From the NCBI GenBank assembly GCA_024404495.1, contig JAKSPT010000013.1, positions 5,369 to 69,368 on the forward strand: a stretch of DNA of 64,000 bases. Reading direction: 5' to 3'. The DNA comes from Lachnospiraceae bacterium. GTDB taxonomy: Bacteria > Bacillota > Clostridia > Oscillospirales > CAG-272. The notes beneath the pieces are model-generated. The model was given only the letters and a program-made list of their open reading frames with translations. It was not told the origin of the DNA and ran no database searches. Every line of letters starts with the position of its first letter. Position 1 is the first letter of the stretch. A program made the translations under genes and the position numbers. Positions 33,617 to 44,183 of the stretch are shown here, in pieces.

Positions 33617-35389
33617 ATGAAAAAAAGATTGCTTTGTCTGGTCCTCGGGCTGCTCATGCTGCTCCCCATGGTCCTGACCGGCTGCTCGGATGACGATGCC
33701 GATATGGTATATGAAAACATCCGCACGCTGACGCTCTATACGATCAAAGAAGAAGGCACCACCGACGAGGCGATTGCCGTCGTCGAGGCCGCCATCAACG
33801 ATATCACCGAAAGCAGATTCAACACGCACATCGAACTGCACTGCTACCCCGCTGACGAGTACTATTCCGTCGTGGAGGAAAAGCTCTTTGCCGCCAAGGA
33901 AGAAATGGAGCGCAAGGAAGAAGAGCTGAAGAAGCAGAAGGAAGAAGCGAAGTCCAGAAAAGCGGCGCACATCACCGAAGCGGCAACGACCGTTGATAAT
34001 GAAGCCACCGAATCCGAGACCGCTCCTTACCAGACCAGCGTCGATAAGAAGGGGAACGTCCATATCATTTATCCGGACGCCAAGGAAGATCAGATCGACA
34101 TCTTCCTCGTCACGAGCTACGACAAGCTTGCCGAATACACCGAAAAGGAAGTTATCCTGAACCTCTCCGAGTCGCTCGGTTCCTCCTATAAGGCGATCTA
34201 CAAGTTCACCAACCCCGCCCTGTTCTCCGGTTCCACCATCGACGGCGGTATGCGTGCTCTCCCGAACAACCACGTTCTCGGCGAGACCACCTATCTGCTG
34301 ATCAACAAGGCCGTCGCTACCGACCGCCTCTACTACGGTGAGAAGGACTTCACCAGCGGCACTCTCCCGTCCCTGAACGAGTATCTGACCGCGATCGCGA
34401 CCTACTGCCCCGACGTGAAGCCGCTTTACAACATTCCCGGTCTGAACTACTGCACCATCGGCGGTCTGGATATGCTGATCGGCGGTTTCGTTTCCGAAGC
34501 CACGTCGGAATCCACCCGTATGCTCCCGAAGAACCTTCTGACCCTTTCCACCTACACCAACTATCTTACTTACCGTTATAACTACCTCGAAGCAGGCTAC
34601 CTCACCGAGGGTGACATCACCGTCCTTCCCGAGAATATGGAAGAATACGGCGCCATCTACATCAAAGCGACCGACGAGGAAGTCCGCAAGTACGAGGACG
34701 ATTACTACATCGTCACCGCCAATCCTCCGGTAGCGGAACAGCAGGACCTCGTCGCAGGTGCGTACTGCATCTCCGCGTTCTCCGAATACAAGCCCAGCTT
34801 CAGCCTTGACATCATGACGATGCTCACCACCGACGCCGATTTCGTCAACCTCTTCACCTACGGTGTCGAGGGCGTCAACTACACCATCGACGAAGAGACC
34901 GGTTACGTCGTTCCCACCGATAAGGCTGAAATGACCTACAAGATGAACCCGAGCTACACCGGCAACCAGTTCCTGATGAAGCAGTCCTCCGAGTGGTCGG
35001 AAGAGCTCCTCGCCCTTTCCGCCAACGATTGGGCAAACGCCAAGATCCAGAACCGCAACGTCATCGTCAGCCCGTACCTCCCCTTCGTTCTGAAGTACTA
35101 TACCGAGGAAGACTTTGAAGAGTCCGAGGAGACCTACACCGGTCTGTACACGCAGGAAATGGTCGATCAGATCGTCGCCGCGAGCAAGGAATACACCGAA
35201 AAGCTCTTCGACTTTGAGCCTTACGTTGACGAAAACGGTAAGGAAGTTACCTACACCGACTACATCAAGCAGGTTGCAAAGGAATTCGGTGCTCTTGAAG
35301 CCGTCACGCAGGCGCTTGACACGACGAACGAGTATTCCATCTACAAGCAGTACCTCAACTGGTACAACGAGAAGTATCCGGATACCTGA
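33617..35389 (+). CDS. Lipoprotein, divergent extracellular solute-binding-protein-like
   Basis: Lipobox LTGC; NLFTYGVEGVNY resembles family-1 carbohydrate SBPs; acidic; inserted coiled coil. Confidence 0.7.
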   Translation: MKKRLLCLVLGLLMLLPMVLTGCSDDDADMVYENIRTLTLYTIKEEGTTDEAIAVVEAAINDITESRFNTHIELHCYPADEYYSVVEEKLFAAKEEMERKEEELKKQKEEAKSRKAAHITEAATTVDNEATESETAPYQTSVDKKGNVHIIYPDAKEDQIDIFLVTSYDKLAEYTEKEVILNLSESLGSSYKAIYKFTNPALFSGSTIDGGMRALPNNHVLGETTYLLINKAVATDRLYYGEKDFTSGTLPSLNEYLTAIATYCPDVKPLYNIPGLNYCTIGGLDMLIGGFVSEATSESTRMLPKNLLTLSTYTNYLTYRYNYLEAGYLTEGDITVLPENMEEYGAIYIKATDEEVRKYEDDYYIVTANPPVAEQQDLVAGAYCISAFSEYKPSFSLDIMTMLTTDADFVNLFTYGVEGVNYTIDEETGYVVPTDKAEMTYKMNPSYTGNQFLMKQSSEWSEELLALSANDWANAKIQNRNVIVSPYLPFVLKYYTEEDFEESEETYTGLYTQEMVDQIVAASKEYTEKLFDFEPYVDENGKEVTYTDYIKQVAKEFGALEAVTQALDTTNEYSIYKQYLNWYNEKYPDT

Positions 35390-35407
35390 TCCGAACGCAA
35401 AATAATC

Positions 35408-35441
35408 ACAGCGGTCCGCTTTCGCGGACCGCTGTTTTTCA
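35408..35441. terminator. Bidirectional terminator
   Basis: ACAGCGGTCCGC-tttc-GCGGACCGCTGT followed by Ts. Confidence 0.85.
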
Positions 35442-35450
35442 TTTCTTTTT

Positions 35451-37271
35451 TTATTCGACCGTAACGCTCTTGGCGAGGTTTCTCGGCTTATCCACGTCGC
35501 AGCCGCGTTCGACCGCGGTGCAGTAGGCGTAGTATTGCAGGGGAACGATGGCAATGACCGGCATCAGAAGCTCTTCCTCGTCGGGGAGAAGGAGCAGATC
35601 CCGGTAGAAAGTATCCCTCGGTTTCAGACTCTTTCGGGTCAGAAGCAGAAGACGCGCACCGCGGGAACCGGCTTCCTTCGCGTTGGAGACCGTCTTTTCG
35701 AGCAGTGCCGCCGTCGTCGCGACCGCGACCACAGGAGTTCCGGGCGTGATCAGCGAGATCGTGCCGTGCTTGAGCTCTCCCGCCGCGTATGCCTCGCTGT
35801 GCTGATAGGAGATCTCCTTGAGCTTCAGCGAGCCTTCACAGCAGACGGCGTAATCCTGTCCCCTGCCGATGAAGAAGGAGTGCTCCGCCTCCCGGTTGAA
35901 CTTCGCGAGGTTTCTGATCCTTTCCGTCTGTCCGAGCACGAGACGTACCGTTTCGGGCAGGCGGTTCATCGCGCCGAACAGCCTTTCCGCGCGCTCCTCC
36001 GTCACCGTTTTCCGCTCGTACGCGAGCCGGATCGCGAGAAGATCGAGGAGCGCGACCTGAGCGGTGTACGCCTTCGTCGTCGCGACGGCGATCTCGGGTC
36101 CGACGTAGAGATAGATCACCCGATCCGCTTCTCTTGCGATCGAGGAGCCGACGACGTTCACGATCGCCCACACCGGGGTTCCCTTTTCCTTCGCCAGCCG
36201 CAGCGCCGCGAGCGAATCCGCCGTCTCTCCGGACTGCGAAACGACGATCACGACGTCGCCCTTTTTCAAAATGGGATTCTGATAACGGAATTCCGACGCG
36301 ATGCAGACCTCCGTCGGGATCCGGGCAAGCGATTCGATCGCGTGCTTTCCGACCATCCCGGCGTGCATCGCCGAGCCGCAGGCGACGATCAGGATCCGTT
36401 CGACCCCCGAAACGTCGGGGAGTTCTTTTTTCAGAATGCCCCCGACGCCGTGCGCGCACCGCGGTCCGATCGCCGCCCGGAGCGTTTCGGGCTGCTCCAT
36501 GATCTCCTTCAGCATAAAATGCGGATAGCCGCCCTTTTCCGCCGCGTCAACCGACCAGTCGGCGGTCAGCGGTTCCTTTTCCGGTGCCGGAGTGCCGTCG
36601 GGAAGCAGGAAGGAGACTCCCTTCCGGGAAAGCACCGCGATCTCCCGGTCCTCCGGGAGATAATACCGTCCGATCCGGTTCAGGATCGCCGGGACGTCGG
36701 AGGCAAGGAAATATTCCCCTTCCCCGATCCCGACGATCAGCGGACTGTCCTTCCGCACCCCGTACAGATGCTCCGGGTCGTCCGAAAACAGGATCGCAAG
36801 AGCAAACGTCCCGCGCAGGCGCTTCATCGCCGCCGCGATCGCCTCGACCGGGTGTCCAGGCGTATAGAAGCGGTCGAGCAGATGCGCGGCGACCTCGGTA
36901 TCGGTCTCGGAAAGGAAGACCGCCCCTTCCCGCTCCAGCTCCTCTCTCAGCTCGTAATCGTTCTCTATGATCCCGTTGTGTACGAGCGTCACCCGCCCGC
37001 AGCTATGGGGATGGGCGTTGACGTCGGAGGGGACGCCGTGCGTCGCCCACCGGGTATGCCCGATGCCGAGCGTTCCCTTCGGATATCCGTCAGCCGCCAG
37101 TTTTTCCTCCAGCGCCGCGATCCTTCCCTGCTTCTTTTCCACCCGTATCCCGTCTTTCGTGAATACGGCGATGCCCGAGGAATCATATCCCCGGTATTCC
37201 AGTTTTTTCAGTCCTTCGATCAGAAGCGCCGCCGCGTTTTCCGCTCCGACGCACCCTACGATCCCGCACAT
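35451..37271 (-). CDS. glmS: Glutamine--fructose-6-phosphate transaminase
   Basis: MCGIVG, LEYRGYDS, GHTRWATHG, HNGIIEN, SQSGETAD, PRNLAKSVTVE. Confidence 0.99.
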   Translation of the reverse strand: MCGIVGCVGAENAAALLIEGLKKLEYRGYDSSGIAVFTKDGIRVEKKQGRIAALEEKLAADGYPKGTLGIGHTRWATHGVPSDVNAHPHSCGRVTLVHNGIIENDYELREELEREGAVFLSETDTEVAAHLLDRFYTPGHPVEAIAAAMKRLRGTFALAILFSDDPEHLYGVRKDSPLIVGIGEGEYFLASDVPAILNRIGRYYLPEDREIAVLSRKGVSFLLPDGTPAPEKEPLTADWSVDAAEKGGYPHFMLKEIMEQPETLRAAIGPRCAHGVGGILKKELPDVSGVERILIVACGSAMHAGMVGKHAIESLARIPTEVCIASEFRYQNPILKKGDVVIVVSQSGETADSLAALRLAKEKGTPVWAIVNVVGSSIAREADRVIYLYVGPEIAVATTKAYTAQVALLDLLAIRLAYERKTVTEERAERLFGAMNRLPETVRLVLGQTERIRNLAKFNREAEHSFFIGRGQDYAVCCEGSLKLKEISYQHSEAYAAGELKHGTISLITPGTPVVAVATTAALLEKTVSNAKEAGSRGARLLLLTRKSLKPRDTFYRDLLLLPDEEELLMPVIAIVPLQYYAYCTAVERGCDVDKPRNLAKSVTVE

Positions 37272-37311
37272 ATTTTATCCTCTTTTCTTCTTATTTGCGC
37301 AAAAACAAAAG

Positions 37312-37460
37312 CCGAAGCCGATGCTGTTCTCCCGTCACCGGAAGGTTTTACCGTCTTCTTACGACTGCTTTTCGCCGAGGGGCACCCGCCGAACGGTTCG
37401 ATCAACCCCTGCCTCGTCAACTGATTCCGAAAAGAGGATATTTCAGTCCCGGCGCTATGC
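37312..37460 (-). ncRNA. glmS ribozyme (GlcN6P-activated)
   Basis: Minus strand: ATAGCGCCGGGACTG...CAGTTGACGAGGCAGGGGTTGATCGAACCGTTCGGCGGGTGCCCCTCGG...AAAACC..CCGGTGACGG.., directly upstream of glmS. Cleavage motif A^GCGCC at 37456/37455. Confidence 0.95.
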
Positions 37461-37520
37461 GGTCACGCCGCATTGCGAGGCGCCCCGTCTCTGCCCACCC
37501 TTCCGGGCACCTCTCATATC

Positions 37521-37549
37521 AGTATATCCGAAAAATGTGAATGGGTCAA
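37521..37549 (-). promoter_or_regulatory. Sigma-A promoter of glmS
   Basis: TTGACC-17-TATACT. Confidence 0.75.
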
Positions 37550-37688
37550 ACCGATCGGAGAAAAGTCAGGTGAACGTTTTGTAAACGACGGAATCACCGC
37601 AAAAAGAATGCCTTCTTTTTCCCGAAAGCGGTAGATTTTTCATAAAAAATGTGTTATACTGTAAAAAAAGATCAGGAGGTAATTTCCA

Positions 37689-39152
37689 ATGCCCTGTACC
37701 ACCATTCTCGTCGGGAAAAAAGCGTCGAACGACGGCTCCACGATGATCGCCCGCACCGACGACGGTTCCTTTGACGTCAAAAAGCTGATCCACGTCGAGC
37801 CGGACAAACAGCCGAAGAAATACACGAGCGTCAACGGTCACCTGACCCTGACCCTCCCCGAAAACCCGATGCGCTATACCGCCTGCCCGAGTGTCGATCC
37901 GTCGGACGGAATCTGGGCGGCGACCGGCATCAACGAGGCGAACGTCGGCATGACCGCGACCGAGACCGTCACGACCAATCCCCGCGTCCTCGGCGCCGAC
38001 CCGATGGTAAGGTACCGCAAGGCGGAGAGCAAAAAGGAAAAGGATATCCCGGGCGGCATCGGCGAGGAGGACCTCGTCGTGCTCGTGCTCCCCTATATCC
38101 GCTCCGCCAGAGAGGGCGTTCTCCGTCTCGGCGCGCTTCTGGAACAGTACGGCACCTACGAATCGAACGGGATCGCCTTCAACGACGAAAACGAGATCTG
38201 GTGGCTCGAAACCATCGGCGGTCATCATTGGATCGCCCGCCGGGTCGGCGACGGCGAATGCGTCGTCGTGCCCAACCGCTTCGGGCTCGACCGCTTCGAT
38301 TTCGGCGACGCTTACGGCGAGGGAAAGGAAAACCTCTGCTCCGCCGATCTGAAGGAGTTCATCGAAAAGAACGGTCTTGACCGGAACGTCGGGGACCGAT
38401 TCGATCCCCGCGCCTGCTTCGGCTCGTACACCGACGCCGACCGGGTCTACAACAATCCCCGCGCGTGGTTCATGGGCAGATACCTGAACCCGACGAAGTA
38501 CAAATGGGACGGCGAGAACGCCGATTTCAATCCCGAAAGCGACGATATCCCGTGGGCATTTCTCCCCGAGAAAAAGGTCACGGTTGAGGACGTGAAGTAC
38601 CTTCTTTCCTCGACCTATCAGGGCACGCCCTACAATCCCTACCAGAAGGCGGACAACCCGAAGAAGGGCATTTACCGCACGATCGGCATCAACCGCACCG
38701 GCGTGATGGCGATCTGCCAGATCCGCCCGAACCTGCCCGATAAGCTCAAGGCGGTCGAATGGATCTGCTTCGGCTCGACGACCTTCGACACGGTCGTTCC
38801 GGTCTATCCGCGCGCCGGAAAGATCCCCGCGTATTTCAGCAAGGTCACGCTCGAGCCCTCGACCGACAACTTCTACTGGTCGAGCCGTCTGATCGGCGCG
38901 CTTGCCGACCCGCATTACGCCTCCTGCCTGATCCATATCGAACGCTATCAGGACGCCGTCGTCAGCGAGGCAAGAAGGCTGCTTGCCGAGTACGACCGCC
39001 GCTATACCGAATCGGGCGACGACGCTCTTCTGAACGAGGCGAACGAAGCCCTCGCGGCAATGGCGAAAAAAGAGACCTCCAAGGTCCTTTCCTCCGTTCT
39101 TGCCGAAGCGAGCCGCGGGATGAAAAACGGCTACAAGCGCGGCGACAACTGA
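37689..39152 (+). CDS. C69 family dipeptidase
   Basis: N-terminal nucleophile MPCTTILVGKKAS.DGST.IAR, GINEANV..TATET, GGHHW. Confidence 0.93.
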   Translation: MPCTTILVGKKASNDGSTMIARTDDGSFDVKKLIHVEPDKQPKKYTSVNGHLTLTLPENPMRYTACPSVDPSDGIWAATGINEANVGMTATETVTTNPRVLGADPMVRYRKAESKKEKDIPGGIGEEDLVVLVLPYIRSAREGVLRLGALLEQYGTYESNGIAFNDENEIWWLETIGGHHWIARRVGDGECVVVPNRFGLDRFDFGDAYGEGKENLCSADLKEFIEKNGLDRNVGDRFDPRACFGSYTDADRVYNNPRAWFMGRYLNPTKYKWDGENADFNPESDDIPWAFLPEKKVTVEDVKYLLSSTYQGTPYNPYQKADNPKKGIYRTIGINRTGVMAICQIRPNLPDKLKAVEWICFGSTTFDTVVPVYPRAGKIPAYFSKVTLEPSTDNFYWSSRLIGALADPHYASCLIHIERYQDAVVSEARRLLAEYDRRYTESGDDALLNEANEALAAMAKKETSKVLSSVLAEASRGMKNGYKRGDN

Positions 39153-39183
39153 TTTTCCCGTAAGAAAAGAGACTCGTCTTGGA

Positions 39184-40597
39184 TATGATAAAAAAACTCC
39201 GTCCCGGCGTCCGGCGTGACGTCGATATGACGGAGGGAGACATTTTCAAAAACATCATCCGGTTCGCCCTGCCTCTGCTTGTCGGGAATCTGTTCCAGCA
39301 GCTCTACAATATGGTGGACACATGGGTCATCGGGCAGACCGGGGAAAACGGCGCTTACGCCGCGGTCGGCAGCGTGGGTCCGATCATCAATATCCTCATC
39401 GGCTTCTTCAGCGGACTTGCGACCGGAGCAGGCGTCGTGATATCGAGGTATTACGGCGCGAAGGACAGCGAAAACGTGAAAAAAGCGGTCCACACCGTGA
39501 TCGCGATGACCCTCGTTCTCGCCGTGCTCTTCACCGTCCTCGGCATCACGATGACGCCGCTCTTCCTGCGTCTGATGCTCCACACCGACGGAACCGCCGC
39601 CGACGCCGAAAGCGTCTATCCGTACGCCCGGACCTATCTCACCATCTATTTCGCCGGCGTGGCGGGGCTGATGCTCTATAACGTCGGTGCGGGGATCCTG
39701 CGCGCCGTGGGCGATTCCGACCGTCCCTTCCTCTTCCTCGTCGTTTCCGCGGTCACGAACACGCTGCTCGACCTCCTTTTCGTCTTCGTTTTCAGAATGG
39801 GCGTGGCGGGCGTCGCGTGGGCGACGATCATCGCGCAGATCCTTTCGGCGGTGCTGACGGTGATCACGCTGCTCCGCACCGATTCGGTCGTGAAGCTGGA
39901 ACCGAAGGAGATCCGTTTCCATTGGGGCATCCTCGGCAGGATCGTGAAGATCGGTCTTCCCGCCGCGATCCAGATGGCGCTGACCTCGTTCTCGAACGTC
40001 TTCGTTCAGTCCTATATCGCAAACGTCAACGGCGACCAGACGATCAGCCTTGCCGCGTGGACGACCTATTCCAAGGTCGATCAGCTCATCTTCCTCCCGA
40101 TGCAGACGCTGGCACTCGCCGTCACCACCTTCGTCGGGCAGAATCTCGGCAAGGGAGACGTTGCCCGCGCCAAAAAAGGGACGCTGCTCTCGTGGCTGAC
40201 GGCGGTCGTGACCACCGTCGTACTGATGATCCCGATCCTGCTCTTTGCTCCTTCCGTCGCGTGGGTCTTCAACCGTGACCCCGACGTCGTTGCCCTCGCG
40301 GGAATGCTGCTGCGCTGTCTGACTCCGTTTTACGTCTTCTGCTGTGTGAATCAGGTCTTTTCCGGGGCGCTGCGCGGCGCCGGAGACAGCATCGCGCCGA
40401 TGCTCATCATGCTGATCTCCTTCGTCGGCTTCCGGCAGGTGTATCTCTACGTGATGTCCAACTACATCTCAAACGATCTGCTCCCGATCGGGCTCGGTTA
40501 TCCCGCCGGATGGATCGTATGCGCGAGCACGCTTCTGCTTTATTACCGCTTCTTTTTCAGCTTTGAAAAGCGGAAAGGCGCCGTGAAAAACGGCTGA
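39184..40597 (+). CDS. MATE family efflux transporter (start uncertain; in-frame TTG 39179, ATG 39185, ATG 39227)
   Basis: FALPLLVGNLFQQLYNMVD, ILRAVGDS, FVGQNLG, LRGAGD; about 12 TM helices. Confidence 0.92.
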
Positions 40598-40610
40598 ACG
40601 CAATAAAGAA

Positions 40611-40654
40611 AAAAACGGGGGTGTTGCACTAATGTGCAACAGCCCCGTTTTTTA
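40611..40654. terminator. Bidirectional terminator
   Basis: AAAAACGGGG-TGTTGCAC...GTGCAACA-CCCCGTTTTT inverted repeat. Confidence 0.75.
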
Positions 40655-41464
40655 TACCGTAAACGCGTCTCCTGCGGTTATCCTCCGGAGGCTTTCTCCC
40701 ATGATCTCCTTCATTGCTTCAAACGGCAGGTCGCCCGTACAGTGACCGGAATAAAACACGGTCGGAAGCGTCTTCAGCTCCTCCGCCGTCTGACGGATCC
40801 CGGCGAGATCGGCTTCCCCGTACCCGGTCTTTTTGATCATGTGGAAGCCGCTGACGACCGCGTCGGGATAACTGCCGTTCAGCTCCCGGTAACGGTCGAG
40901 GATATTCAATATCCCGTTGTGCGCGCAGCCCGAGGCGAGCAGGGTCTTGTTCCCTTCTCTGACGACGAGGCACTGCTCGTGAGAAAAGACGTCCTGCGTT
41001 CGCTTTCCGTCTTTCTCCTCGGTCAGCTCGCGGTTGCCCTCGGGCCAGAGCCTTCTGCCTCCGATCGCGGAGAAGAGCGACAGTTCCCCATCAATTTCAA
41101 GAAAGGAATCCGGAACGGGGTGCAGGCGCGGAAGGTTCAGAATTTTCCGGTCGATGCCGATATACTTTTCGCCGTGAAAAAACGCGCCGCCCGCCCCCGC
41201 GTTCAGATAGATCTCCGCATCCGGGTTCCGCTCCGCGAAGGAGAGCAGACCGCCCGCGTGATCGTAATGCCCGTGGCTGATGACGACGGTATCGACCGCA
41301 GTCAGATCGACTCCGAGCGCGTCGGCGTTCTGCAGGGTCAGAGCGGAGGCGCCGGTATCGAGGAGAAGACGGTGCTTTTCCGTTTCAAGATACAGACTCA
41401 GCCCGTGCTCGGCGGCGATGCCGGGACGAAACGAGGAGTCTTCCATTAAAACCGTGATTTTCAT
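40652..41464 (-). CDS. MBL-fold metallo-hydrolase
   Basis: EHGLS, LDTG, SHGHYDHAGG, GCAH, GFH, GHCTG. Confidence 0.92.
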   Translation of the reverse strand: MKITVLMEDSSFRPGIAAEHGLSLYLETEKHRLLLDTGASALTLQNADALGVDLTAVDTVVISHGHYDHAGGLLSFAERNPDAEIYLNAGAGGAFFHGEKYIGIDRKILNLPRLHPVPDSFLEIDGELSLFSAIGGRRLWPEGNRELTEEKDGKRTQDVFSHEQCLVVREGNKTLLASGCAHNGILNILDRYRELNGSYPDAVVSGFHMIKKTGYGEADLAGIRQTAEELKTLPTVFYSGHCTGDLPFEAMKEIMGESLRRITAGDAFTV

Positions 41465-41470
41465 TGTTTT

Positions 41471-43390
41471 TTACAGTAACCCGAGGTCGTCGGCACGGAG
41501 CCAGCCCTCGGAGGCGGCGCCGTTGCCCCAGTCGTAGATCGTGAACGGACCGATGCCGAGACCGTCCTTCCCGACGGCACCGTTATGCCCGTAATTTTCC
41601 ATCATAAAGCCGTAATCCTCTTCCCCGAAGAAGGTCCATACCTTTTCCCACTGCTCCTTTGTGCCCGGATTTTCGGGGCAGTACATCATCGAAAAAGCGG
41701 CGTACAGAGCGGCTTTTCCGCGCTCGGTATATTCCGGAAGCCCGAGGTCGCGCCCGTAAGAAAGGATCAGCGGCGCGAAAAGACTCTGCCGCGCGTCGTT
41801 CAGCTCGGCGTCGGCGTTCATCACACCGAAGCCGCCGACCACGGAGATCGGACAGCCGTCCGGCTGGAAGGAGGACTGGGTCATCAGCAGACGGTCAAGC
41901 ACCTCCTGCCCGGAAAGCAGCCATTCCCGCTCTCCGGTCGTTTTCCACGCCTCGTACATTCCGAGCGCCGTGAACCAGATCGAGAAATTGCACTGTTTGA
42001 AAATGCCGTTGCGGGGGATCCGCTCCCCGACGTGATCCGACCAGAAGCGGGAGCAGGACCAGTAGGTCTCGAAATCCTCCCACCGGTCGGCGGGAACGAT
42101 CTCCCTCCGGACGGTCTCCAATGCGCGGAGCGCCGACGCCTTTGCGTCCTCCCTGCCCGTGACGCGCGAGAAACGGAGCAGGAACGCCGCCGTCATCGCG
42201 CTTTCGGGGGAATCGTCGAGCACGCCCATCGGCTTGCCTTCCTTATTCACCCACGCGGGATAGTACCCCTTTCCGTCCTGCATGGAGATCACGCGGTCGG
42301 CAAAGCGGGAGGCGTAGGCAAGGAGCCTTTCATCCTTTTCCAGCTCCCCGTACCAGACGAGCATGTAGTACGCCGTGAACGCCATATCGAGGATATGGCG
42401 GGGCGATTCCTCAAGGCTGCCGGTGAATGGATTGCGGTTGGAGTTGCCGAAAAACGGGTCGGTAAAGTCCCCTCCGTCCTTCGGGCCGATCACGCTGTCG
42501 AAAAGCCCGTCCTCCTGCGGGAAGGAAAGCGCAAGCTCCTTCGTTTCAAGCGCGAAGCCGAGAAGCGTGTCGTTTCCCGTTTTTTTCGCGTACCGGAAGA
42601 GCCCGGACGCGCTCCGGAGCGAGGAAAACCAAGCCTGATTCCATATCGCGACCCGTTCGAGCTGCGTTTTTTCGCCGCGATGGTTCGGGCTCTGCCACGC
42701 GGACGCGATCATCATCGGCGCGCCGACCTTTTTCCCGTCCCGCTCAAATTCGCGGAAACAGATCTCACGCCAGTTTTCGTACGCCCAACGGTAGGTCCTT
42801 TCGGAAAAGACGGTATAGTCCGGGCGGTTCCGGTACGCGCGTTCGGCGTCGGAATGCCCGAAGCGCTGCCAAAGGAGGGAGAGCACTTTTCTGTGCGGAT
42901 TTATGAGGGCGGTGTCGGCGGTATAAAGGAAGAAGGAAAGCGAAATTTCTCCCGTGAAGCGGGAGGTCTCTTCCCCCTGAAACAGAACGTGTCCGACCGG
43001 GCGCGCCGCCTGTCTGCCGAAGGTCAGCGTCCGTTCGGGCGCGTTCCAGTCGAGAAAAGCGGGAACGTCCCCTTCTTTCAGATCGCCGACGTCGGGGACG
43101 AGAAGGACGGTTTTACCCTCACCGACGGCGATCAGCGCCGGGGTACGGAAGATATGCTGCGCGGCAATCATCCCCTCCTCGGGCGTAATATGCGGCGTCC
43201 AGACGTATTCGGGCGTGAACGCAAGGGTCAGCGACAGCGCGGCGCGCTTTTCCTCAAGCTCGCCGACCGAGCAGCAGACCGAAATACGCCGGAACCCGTC
43301 GGGCAGGTATTCCTCGGTCACGTTCGTTTCTTCTTCGTCAAGTCCCACGGCGCTCCACGTTCCGAAGCGCGCGGCAGTCAATGACAGCAT
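41471..43390 (-). CDS. Hypothetical protein, probable (alpha/alpha)6 glycoside hydrolase-like
   Basis: Recurrent helix-hairpin patterns (LSFPQEDGLF, VISMQDGKGYY) with Trp/acid-rich loops (WEDFETYWSC, NADAELNDARQ). Confidence 0.55.
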   Translation of the reverse strand: MLSLTAARFGTWSAVGLDEEETNVTEEYLPDGFRRISVCCSVGELEEKRAALSLTLAFTPEYVWTPHITPEEGMIAAQHIFRTPALIAVGEGKTVLLVPDVGDLKEGDVPAFLDWNAPERTLTFGRQAARPVGHVLFQGEETSRFTGEISLSFFLYTADTALINPHRKVLSLLWQRFGHSDAERAYRNRPDYTVFSERTYRWAYENWREICFREFERDGKKVGAPMMIASAWQSPNHRGEKTQLERVAIWNQAWFSSLRSASGLFRYAKKTGNDTLLGFALETKELALSFPQEDGLFDSVIGPKDGGDFTDPFFGNSNRNPFTGSLEESPRHILDMAFTAYYMLVWYGELEKDERLLAYASRFADRVISMQDGKGYYPAWVNKEGKPMGVLDDSPESAMTAAFLLRFSRVTGREDAKASALRALETVRREIVPADRWEDFETYWSCSRFWSDHVGERIPRNGIFKQCNFSIWFTALGMYEAWKTTGEREWLLSGQEVLDRLLMTQSSFQPDGCPISVVGGFGVMNADAELNDARQSLFAPLILSYGRDLGLPEYTERGKAALYAAFSMMYCPENPGTKEQWEKVWTFFGEEDYGFMMENYGHNGAVGKDGLGIGPFTIYDWGNGAASEGWLRADDLGLL

Positions 43391-43411
43391 GGCGGGATTC
43401 TCCTCGTTTTT

Positions 43412-44179
43412 TTATTCGTTCATTTCGTCGACGACCGACGCCGGTTTGGCGGTCAGCTCGACCCACGCGGGCGTGAAGCCGCATTTCAGCGCGTTATTCA
43501 CCGAGCGGAGGTTCGACCACGCCGCGCAGTAAAAGGGCACCTTACCCAGATCCAGCACCGCCCGCGCGAGGCGGGAGGTCAGCGCCGAGGCGATCCCCTT
43601 CTGCCGGTAGGCGGGCAGGACGTCCACCCCGATCTGATACATCGTTTCACAGTCCTTCGAGCAGGCGGCAAGCCCGACGAGGGTCTCCCCGTCGTAAGCG
43701 CCGAAGCCGAGGATATCGAGTTCCTTCCGCTTTTCGCAGAGCGCGTTCGACCATTCCGGCCTGTAGAGACCGCGGAAGTCCTCCTGCCCCATCCGTTCGA
43801 TCCGGTAAGGGCAGGAAAGCTTTTTCATTTTTCCGGGATCGGGAAGAAAGTATTCCGCCATGAAGCAGACCCGCTGTCCGAGGGGAAGCAGGCGGTCGTC
43901 GAGCCAATGCAGATTCGGCGTTTCAAAGCAGGCGTGCCAATCGTATTTCCCGATATACTCCGTTACGATATCGCGGTATTCGTCCCGTACCGACGCGACG
44001 ATATTGTTCCCGTAGGAAACGAGATTGCAGGCGATCGGTTCCTTGTAGTATGCCCGCGCCTTCGGTCCGACGCCGGATCGGACGACCACGTTCTCCTCGC
44101 GGAGAAAATCCCACGGGGCGCATCCTATATCGGCGGCGGACTGATCGAGCGCGATTTTCAGAACGTCATCCTTCGTCAT
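43412..44179 (-). CDS. GNAT family acetyltransferase
   Basis: IGVDVLPAYRQKGIAS, NLRSVNNALKCGF. Confidence 0.9.
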   Translation of the reverse strand: MTKDDVLKIALDQSAADIGCAPWDFLREENVVVRSGVGPKARAYYKEPIACNLVSYGNNIVASVRDEYRDIVTEYIGKYDWHACFETPNLHWLDDRLLPLGQRVCFMAEYFLPDPGKMKKLSCPYRIERMGQEDFRGLYRPEWSNALCEKRKELDILGFGAYDGETLVGLAACSKDCETMYQIGVDVLPAYRQKGIASALTSRLARAVLDLGKVPFYCAAWSNLRSVNNALKCGFTPAWVELTAKPASVVDEMNE

Positions 44180-44183
44180 GATT

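Noticed and set aside
40611-40654. GTTGCAC...GTGCAAC as a second Crp/Fnr site or an IS end
   Set aside because: It lies between convergent genes, its spacing differs from the 11796 site, and it is adequately explained as a terminator stem.
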